Sequence record: NC_004629.1
DNA: 32,000 bases
Reading direction: 5' to 3' (one strand)
Source: Pseudomonas phage phiKZ
Shown: in pieces, positions 24,994 to 32,000 of the stretch
How positions within the stretch are numbered: position 1 is the first letter of the stretch
Layout: every line of letters begins with the position of its first letter
The notes under the pieces: model-generated
Databases searched by the model: none
What the model was told of the DNA's origin: nothing
The model's input: the letters and a program-made list of their open reading frames with translations, nothing else
Translations under genes and position numbers: made by a program

Positions 24994-25240
24994 TTTACTT
25001 CTCCCTTGCGATGTGGAAGCCCCACCTACAGCTAATGAGATCATCAATGCATTAGATAGATATAAAGCTGTTGGGGTTACTGATGAGAATGAAGCACGTT
25101 TCTTACTTATGACCGAACATTGGCTTTTACAAACTGATGCACTTGGACTATGTAATATCCAAGTAGACAAATTGCGTGAATGGAACGAACGTCAACGTAA
25201 TTTGGAGAATAGTCATGACCCTAGAGGACGTTCTGATTGA
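24878..25240 (+). CDS. o-spanin (Rz1-like) lipoprotein, start embedded in the Rz-like gene (120 aa)
   Basis: ATG 24878: MKLTQKKITLISLLMLLLNGCTSTTVPPPVKIPVAIPSSLLLPC. Signal peptide, lipobox-like LNGC and Pro-rich mature N-terminus; overlaps Rz-like gene by 116 nt in another frame. Confidence 0.75.
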   Translation: MKLTQKKITLISLLMLLLNGCTSTTVPPPVKIPVAIPSSLLLPCDVEAPPTANEIINALDRYKAVGVTDENEARFLLMTEHWLLQTDALGLCNIQVDKLREWNERQRNLENSHDPRGRSD

Positions 25241-25610
25241 GATCGATGGTAATCCTTTATCTTCTTCTAAAGACTATGGAAAGAAGATACGTACCTATTT
25301 GAATAGTGTATTGGAAAAGGAACAACGTATAAATCTAAGTATAACTGGTGAGGAAGTACTTAGTCTAATTTATGCTATTACCGATTCAGATCTTCAATAT
25401 AAAATTCTCAGCCGGGAAATTGCTGAAGTGAAGGCTAAAGATTCTTACCGTAATGCGGTATTGGTATTAGCTGGTGGCGTTACTCTTATTGGGGCATCAG
25501 TATCTACTATGGTAGTTTTATCTGGTGCACCTATGTCAGAAGAAAGTGCCAATGTGTTAAAGACTATTGTGCAAGGTACCTTTGAATTAATAAAGATGCT
25601 TATGCAATAA
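25215..25610 (+). CDS. Small membrane protein, possible holin-like (131 aa; track start 25176 probably too early)
   Basis: ATG 25215 (MTLEDVLIEIDGNPLSSSKD..) with TM NAVLVLAGGVTLIGASVSTMVVLSGAP; inside lysis cassette. Confidence 0.55.
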   Translation: MTLEDVLIEIDGNPLSSSKDYGKKIRTYLNSVLEKEQRINLSITGEEVLSLIYAITDSDLQYKILSREIAEVKAKDSYRNAVLVLAGGVTLIGASVSTMVVLSGAPMSEESANVLKTIVQGTFELIKMLMQ

Positions 25611-25620
25611 AAACTATAAT

Positions 25621-25645
25621 AGCCTTCCTCTTCAAGAGGAAGGCT
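25621..25645 (+). terminator. Hairpin terminator
   Basis: AGCCTTCCTCT-TCA-AGAGGAAGGCT then TTATAATG. Confidence 0.85.
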
Positions 25646-25692
25646 TTATAATGCTATGTGGATTAAACATTTTACCACTATAGAGGTTTGAC

Positions 25693-26226
25693 ATGCAGGA
25701 TATCTTTCCGTATGACATGGCATCGAGGAATGCGCTAGTAAAACTTGCGCGGGATGATTTAAAAATAAACTTCAAACCAGAAACAGTTACATTTGAAGAT
25801 ATGTTTTTTAGTCCAACCACGATTGAGCCTGGACGTACATTTATTGAAATGATCGACATCACTACTGACATTAAGTACATGTTAACTTACCGTCGGTTAG
25901 ATTTTGCTGATCCACGTGCTATTGGTGAAGGATCTATCCTTAAGATAGTTGGTACTTTAACACCTAAAGCAATTGCTGAAGAAATTAACCGTTCACGAGG
26001 TTGGAAGCTTGGTCCAGATGATGTTTCATTTGATACAACACCAATCAATGCAACTACGGATGTTGTTCCATACACGATAGTAGCTATGTCGAGTAGCTAT
26101 GCTTACTATGGTGAATGTAATATACTAATCCAACGTATTGATGATACGTCAGATACTATCCGACTATTAGAGAATGGTGCAGCACGTTATCTAGAAAATG
26201 GTCAAATCCGTTATCTAGAAAGTTAA
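25693..26226 (+). CDS. Hypothetical virion-type protein with C-terminal RLLENG/RYLENG repeat (177 aa)
   Basis: ORF with C-terminus DTIRLLENGAARYLENGQIRYLES*. Confidence 0.75.
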   Translation: MQDIFPYDMASRNALVKLARDDLKINFKPETVTFEDMFFSPTTIEPGRTFIEMIDITTDIKYMLTYRRLDFADPRAIGEGSILKIVGTLTPKAIAEEINRSRGWKLGPDDVSFDTTPINATTDVVPYTIVAMSSSYAYYGECNILIQRIDDTSDTIRLLENGAARYLENGQIRYLES

Positions 26227-26245
26227 GTAATACCCTCAATGAACC

Positions 26246-27070
<825 letters not shown>

Positions 27071-27153
27071 GATGTAGCAATAGAATGGAGTCTATGGTAT
27101 CATGTGAAACTTCCCCTCATGATAAACCACATCTTGTGCCAATGTAACTTTTT

Positions 27154-27178
27154 GAGAGTCCTTCGGGACTCTCTTATG
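27154..27178 (+). terminator. Hairpin terminator
   Basis: GAGAGTCC-TTCG-GGACTCTC (27154-27173) followed by TTATG; T/A-rich on left side. Confidence 0.8.
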
Positions 27179-27275
27179 TTGTTAAAATATTACTCATTAG
27201 CAATAGTACATTACTGTATGAGTCTTCTTCGAAAGACTAACATGTTAGTGTTTCTTATACAGCAAGGAAATAAAA

Positions 27276-29645
27276 ATGGCAAATGTTACAGACAAAGGCA
27301 AGATCAGTCAACTGCCGGATCTAGCTACTCTTAACGATAGCGAGTATATTGAATTAATTCATACCGATGCAGCTGGTCAAGTCGATAACTATAAGTTTCC
27401 GCTGTCAAAACTACAGACTGGGGCACCCGGTCTTAGTGCGTACGAGATTGCCGTTAAAAATGGTTTCCAGGGAACTGAAACCGAATGGCTTGATTCGCTT
27501 AAAGGTAAATCTTCTTATCAAATCGCAGTCGATCTAGGTTTCGTTGGTACTGAAGAAGAGTTTATAGCATCCCTTAAAGGTGATGCTGGTAAGAGTGCAT
27601 ATGAAGTAGCTGTGGAAAACGGTTTCCAAGGTACTGAACAGGAATGGTTAACATCACTGCATGCAACCATGACTGCTGAACTACTCCAGTCGCTCTTAAA
27701 TCAACAAGGTTACACAGTTAAAGATGTACTGCGTGTAACTGGCAAGAATGGTGGATTATCATCCAACGCTGCTTTCCATAACTTTGCTTTCCTGTTTGAT
27801 AAGCGTCTAAATCAAGACGACTTAACTGCTGGTGATAAAATACCTCAGCGTATGATGGAACAAGGTCGTATGGAAGCAGAAGGTTATTCTTATCTAAAGA
27901 ACGCTTCTGCGCCCACTACGCAAGGTGCATTACCCGAATTACCTGAGTCTGAAATTCGTATTTATGACAATGGTGAATTCCAGATTGGTAGTTTAACTGA
28001 TTACATTGCATTCAAGAATGACGGTAATATCCGTATTGTTGAAGGCGTTGATGAAACGACCGTTGATCTTAAGAACCTTCCTAAAAATGAAGGTATTAGT
28101 GGCGGTGTATTCGTCAAAGATGTACAAGCAACTGACCCCAGTCAGAACGTAGGTAGTATTGTGCGTACCCCCGATGGGCACAGCGTACAGTCATGCCTAT
28201 CAACTACTAGTAATGTTCGAGTTATCGTTGATGCAATAACTGGACATTCTAGTTATGTACCTAGTGTTAAAATCAATAACATAGATGCAGTTGTAACTCC
28301 TGGCGTTAATCCACCTATGTGGATTGCTACTGCCGATATTGATCTTGGTGCACCCACTACTGAAGGTTATGCTGATATTGTTGTAGAACACGCCGATGGG
28401 GCTAAATTCACTACTAAGGTATTAGCCGATACTCCCGCTAATATTACTAGTGCTGTATTTACTGGCGGTTATCCGTTAGGTCAAACAGAACTTAAAGAAG
28501 ATGACCTTGTTGCAATTAAAGTAGTTACTGATGAAAATATAGTAGCATACGAAATTGCTGACTTTGGTGCACTGAAAGAAAGTAGTGGTACTGTTGCACC
28601 TACTAAAGAACTAGAGGTTACTGGTCTTTACGTAGCTGACCGTGGTAATACTACTAAGGCATATGGTTTCCGTGTACGTGTTCAGAAATCCACTGGTTCA
28701 TGGTCAGAATGGTTTACTTCCAGTGATGCTGGTTCCGAAGATAAAATTAACACCATGCAGTTAAACGATCTTCGCCCAGTTGTTAATATTGGTCAAGTAA
28801 CTTATCCGTCTGGTCAAAGTGCTATTAAAGTAGGTGAAACTGCTACTGTAGCCAATACAGTATCTAATGCTGATAGTGTGGTTTATTCCTCACCAAATGA
28901 TCAGCTCACTATAATCAGTGCAAATGAAGCAGAAATTGCTAAGGTAGTTACTTATAAGTCTGGTACTTATAACGACAGCACTAATAACCTATTAATTACT
29001 GCTAAACGTGCAGCTAATGGTAGTGTAGCTACGGCTACTGCTGTTGTAGCTATTGCAAATGCGGTACCTACTGCGACGGTTACCTACCCTGCTGCTCGCC
29101 TTCGTTCAGGTGGTAACTTTGGAACCCAAGTACAAAGTCATGTCATTACTTTAACCTCTACTCAGAAACTAAGTGCAGCTCCGGCCATGAATGCGCCTGG
29201 CGGTAAGTGGGCTACTGAGGATTGGAAATCTGATGCCACTGGTAAGGTATGGACACGTGCATTACTAGTACATGACGATGATCCTAAAGGAACCTACGAT
29301 TTTAACAGTGTGGTTCTAAAAGGTTTAGCTGGTGTTGAAGCTAATAGTGTAAATGGTGGTACTTACGTACTAGGTGGATTTGTATTCCGCACTCTAAGTG
29401 TGGCTGCTTGGCCGAACCGTGAAACTGATATTGGTACTGAAGTAACCAATACTGGTAAACTACGTTGCAGTAACCTATCTAAAGGTTCTACTGGTAGCTT
29501 AAACTTCACTTATAAGGCGGACGATGCAAATCAAGTTGACACCTACACCATCAAGGATGGCAATAAGTGGTATAACTGTGACTCAGCAAACGCTGTATCC
29601 AACACCACTGGACTGATGAAAATCGAACTTGAGGAAGTAGTATAA
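27276..29645 (+). CDS. Tail-fibre-like virion protein with NGFxGTExEWLxSLKG repeats (789 aa)
   Basis: SD AAGGAAATAAAAATG; SAYEIAVKNGFQGTETEWLDSLKG / SSYQIAVDLGFVGTEEEFIASLKG / SAYEVAVENGFQGTEQEWLTSLHA, then repeat-like beta-rich regions. Confidence 0.8.
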   Translation: MANVTDKGKISQLPDLATLNDSEYIELIHTDAAGQVDNYKFPLSKLQTGAPGLSAYEIAVKNGFQGTETEWLDSLKGKSSYQIAVDLGFVGTEEEFIASLKGDAGKSAYEVAVENGFQGTEQEWLTSLHATMTAELLQSLLNQQGYTVKDVLRVTGKNGGLSSNAAFHNFAFLFDKRLNQDDLTAGDKIPQRMMEQGRMEAEGYSYLKNASAPTTQGALPELPESEIRIYDNGEFQIGSLTDYIAFKNDGNIRIVEGVDETTVDLKNLPKNEGISGGVFVKDVQATDPSQNVGSIVRTPDGHSVQSCLSTTSNVRVIVDAITGHSSYVPSVKINNIDAVVTPGVNPPMWIATADIDLGAPTTEGYADIVVEHADGAKFTTKVLADTPANITSAVFTGGYPLGQTELKEDDLVAIKVVTDENIVAYEIADFGALKESSGTVAPTKELEVTGLYVADRGNTTKAYGFRVRVQKSTGSWSEWFTSSDAGSEDKINTMQLNDLRPVVNIGQVTYPSGQSAIKVGETATVANTVSNADSVVYSSPNDQLTIISANEAEIAKVVTYKSGTYNDSTNNLLITAKRAANGSVATATAVVAIANAVPTATVTYPAARLRSGGNFGTQVQSHVITLTSTQKLSAAPAMNAPGGKWATEDWKSDATGKVWTRALLVHDDDPKGTYDFNSVVLKGLAGVEANSVNGGTYVLGGFVFRTLSVAAWPNRETDIGTEVTNTGKLRCSNLSKGSTGSLNFTYKADDANQVDTYTIKDGNKWYNCDSANAVSNTTGLMKIELEEVV

Positions 29646-32000
29646 TGGCTTCTGCATTTGAAGATTATGTAAACGGGGAACTCCCCAAACGGGTATCATC
29701 AATTGATGAACCCACTTCTGTAGTTAATGGACACATCCCGGTTTCTACCGGGGTGGGTCTTAATACCACTTTCGTTGATCCTGTTACTATACCTGGATTA
29801 AAGGGTGAAGATGGTCAGCCGGGTAAAGATGGTGATCAAGGTCCTCCTGGCCCAGTTGGTCCGGCTATTAACATTATCGCTAATGTTGATCTAGCCACAT
29901 TCGAACAAGAAATTAAACCATTAGATACGCATAATGTCGGTGATGCTTGGTTCGTTGAAGATCGGCTATGGGTATGGGAATCACCGCTAGGTAACGAAGA
30001 TCCCCCTGTAAAAGGTCGTTGGGTTGAAACAGGTTCACTTCGTGGTCCAGATGGTACTGGTCTAGTTATCCGTGGTCGTTGGCCTAATAACTTAGAATTA
30101 CCTAAGACTGAAAGTAATAAACCTGGAGATGCTTACTCATGGAATAATCAACTCTGGGCGTGGATGCTTATCTCAGGTAATAATCCGCCAGAGAATCCAA
30201 CTATTGATGACTATGATTGGTTCCCAGTTACACCACAGGGTGAACGTGGACCTGAGGGCCCTGAAGGTCCGCAAGGTAAAGATGGTGAAATTGGTCCTGA
30301 AGGTCCTCAGGGTGAACCAGCAATGCCGTTTACCATTAAGGATTCACTACCATCACCAGCTGATTTACCTGATCCATCTGTAGCTAAAGAATCAGAAGCA
30401 TACTTAGTTACTATGGAAGCTGGTAAACCAGAACATCTATTCATCTTTGTAAAAGGGGCATGGTCAGACCTAGGTACTTTCCAAGGCCCTGAGGGTCCAC
30501 AAGGTAAACCAGGTAATACAGGTGATCCGGGTCCCGATGGTAAACAAGGTGAACCTGGTCCACAAGGTCGTAACTTAGAAGTAGTTAAAGCAGTTGAAAC
30601 TGCTGATGATCTATTAACCACCACTGGTGTAGAACAATACCAAGGTGTTTCAGTACGTTCCACCAATACGGTTTATGTACTGACTGGTCAAGATCCGACT
30701 GTTGATATCTCATGGACAGCCATGGGTTCATTCCGTGGTCCGCAGGGCCCTGAAGGTCCGCAAGGTGAAGATGGCGAACAAGGTCTACCTGGTGAACCAG
30801 GGGCACAAGGTAAATCGGCTTTCCAAGTAGCATTGGACAATGGCTTCACTGGTACTGAGGGTGAATGGTTAATCAGTCTACATGGTAAGAACGTAGTTAT
30901 TACTGGTGCTGTTGCCAATGAGGCAGCCCTGCCGGCAGATGCTCCTGATCAGGCAGCGTACTTCACACAAGACACATCTACCTTATTTGTTAAGATAGAT
31001 GGTAATTGGGTAAATAGTGGTACACATCGAGGTCCTAAAGGTGAAGATGGCGCACCTGGTAAAGACGGTGATCAGGGACCAGAAGGCCCCGAGGGTCCAG
31101 AAGGCCCACAAGGTCCCGCTGGTGAACCTATCCAGATCATCGCAGCGATTGACACTCCTGAAGATACCCCACCAGAAGCACTTGCCGATAACCAATGGAA
31201 AGCATATACTGTTAAGTCCACGGGCGAAGTATTTGTTAACATGGACGGTAGTCGCTGGACTAGCGTTGGTATTATGGCAGGTCCGCAAGGTAAACCGGGT
31301 GAAGGTTTAAACATTAAAGGTGTTTTAACCGATGCTTCACAACTACCAAAGAAAGACACTGATCCTGACTTAGTAACTGGTGATTCATACTGGGTTGAAA
31401 CTAATGAAGGTACAATGCTCTATACTTACCAAGGTCAGGAAATTGATGGCTATATCGGCCCAATTAATCTAAATGGTGAGCAGGGTATCCAGGGTGTCGA
31501 AGGCCCACAAGACCCTGAGGGTAAACAAGGTGGTGGTCTATTAATTATCTATGTTGGTGATGATGCTGGTAAACCAGTAGCATCTACTGATAACGTAGGT
31601 AAAGGTATAGCTATCCATACTGGTACCGAAGGACAAGTAGAAGTATTCGTATGTATTGATACAGCCGGTACATTTACTTGGGAAAGTCTAGGTGTTTTAG
31701 CAATGGGTCCAGAAGGCCCACAAGGACCTGAAGGTAAACAAGGTGTTCAAGGTATACCTGGTAAAACCGGTCAGAAAGGCGAACGTGGATCTTCATGGGT
31801 TATTCTACCAGAAGGTCAAACTGCACCCACTTCTATCGATGGTAATCGTGGTGACTGGTGTATCGACAAAACTGGTACCGTTTGGTATAAAGATGCTAAC
31901 TGGGTTGTATTCTACAAATTAATGTCAGTTCCAGTTAGTGAAGTCGATCCAGAAGATGTCGATAAGAAAATGGTTCGGTACAAACTCGGTTGGACTGAAC
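29645..32000 (+). CDS. Collagen-like (Gly-X-Y) tail-fibre-like protein, runs past window end
   Basis: TAATG overlap with previous stop. Open in frame to window end (not in ORF track because no stop). MASAFEDYVNGELPKRVSSIDEPTSVVNGHIPVSTGVGLN..IPGLKGEDGQPGKDGDQGPPGPVGP with multiple G-X-Y blocks. Confidence 0.85.
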   Translation, partial: MASAFEDYVNGELPKRVSSIDEPTSVVNGHIPVSTGVGLNTTFVDPVTIPGLKGEDGQPGKDGDQGPPGPVGPAINIIANVDLATFEQEIKPLDTHNVGDAWFVEDRLWVWESPLGNEDPPVKGRWVETGSLRGPDGTGLVIRGRWPNNLELPKTESNKPGDAYSWNNQLWAWMLISGNNPPENPTIDDYDWFPVTPQGERGPEGPEGPQGKDGEIGPEGPQGEPAMPFTIKDSLPSPADLPDPSVAKESEAYLVTMEAGKPEHLFIFVKGAWSDLGTFQGPEGPQGKPGNTGDPGPDGKQGEPGPQGRNLEVVKAVETADDLLTTTGVEQYQGVSVRSTNTVYVLTGQDPTVDISWTAMGSFRGPQGPEGPQGEDGEQGLPGEPGAQGKSAFQVALDNGFTGTEGEWLISLHGKNVVITGAVANEAALPADAPDQAAYFTQDTSTLFVKIDGNWVNSGTHRGPKGEDGAPGKDGDQGPEGPEGPEGPQGPAGEPIQIIAAIDTPEDTPPEALADNQWKAYTVKSTGEVFVNMDGSRWTSVGIMAGPQGKPGEGLNIKGVLTDASQLPKKDTDPDLVTGDSYWVETNEGTMLYTYQGQEIDGYIGPINLNGEQGIQGVEGPQDPEGKQGGGLLIIYVGDDAGKPVASTDNVGKGIAIHTGTEGQVEVFVCIDTAGTFTWESLGVLAMGPEGPQGPEGKQGVQGIPGKTGQKGERGSSWVILPEGQTAPTSIDGNRGDWCIDKTGTVWYKDANWVVFYKLMSVPVSEVDPEDVDKKMVRYKLGWTE
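29795..31785 (+). repeat. About eight collagen-like Gly-X-Y blocks separated by non-collagen modules
   Basis: Blocks beginning near 29795, 30236, 30487, 30735, 31030, 31279, 31473 and 31705 (approximate, by eye). Confidence 0.75.

Noticed and set aside
24705-25170. Minus-strand 66-aa and 125-aa ORFs across the spanin region
   Set aside because: Antisense to the spanin pair, no supporting features.
27104-27334. 76-aa plus ORF in the endolysin/fibre intergenic gap
   Set aside because: Spans the terminator hairpin and runs into the next gene in a wrong frame; Cys/Leu-rich, no clear SD or domain.
30129-31310. Short plus ORFs in alternative frames (30129-30383, 30585-30833, 31017-31310)
   Set aside because: Alternative-frame readings of the collagen-repeat DNA, inside the open 29645 CDS.
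30307-31359. Long minus-strand ORFs (119, 76, 101, 95 aa) opposite the collagen region, also rich in GPxG
   Set aside because: Antisense of Gly/Pro-rich GGT/CCN codons is itself stop-poor and Gly/Pro-rich; the + frame is continuous from 29645 to the window end. Artefact.
29795-31785. Considered whether the repetitive region could be a CRISPR or tandem DNA repeat array
   Set aside because: No constant repeat/spacer unit; periodicity is protein-level Gly-X-Y (9 nt) within an intact reading frame.

Overview
This window is an ordinary dsDNA-phage virion and lysis gene block from a phiKZ-type jumbo myovirus. I believe it is Pseudomonas phage phiKZ itself. The 260-aa ORF at 26288-27070 matches my memory of endolysin gp144/KZ144, including the catalytic Glu at residue 115. 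Counting genes outward from it puts the major capsid C-terminus, the nvRNAP beta N-terminal subunit and the portal where gp120, gp123 and gp129 should be. This was not checked against a database.

The block contains: the major capsid protein C-terminus; an nvRNAP beta-N-like subunit; structural ORFs; three minus-strand virion-like genes; the portal; a tandem family of tail-fibre-like proteins; a 2OG-Fe(II) oxygenase-like protein and a degenerate relative; a RuvC-like nuclease; a lysis cassette with an embedded o-spanin; and two tail-fibre-like genes, one collagen-like and running off the window.

Main leads:
(1) An in-frame YRYLENG-type tail directly behind the capsid TGA, with a related motif as the true C-terminus of a second protein.
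(2) A recurrent CATA-[GC hairpin]-TATG architecture at gene-block ends.
(3) A 2OG oxygenase plus a putative pseudo-oxygenase in the same cluster as a collagen-like fibre.
(4) A nested Rz1-like lipoprotein.
(5) A paralogous fibre array with shared N-terminal domains and HxxxxNPH repeats, one member ending in an RCC1-like segment.

No CRISPR array, tRNA, transposon or defence system was seen.
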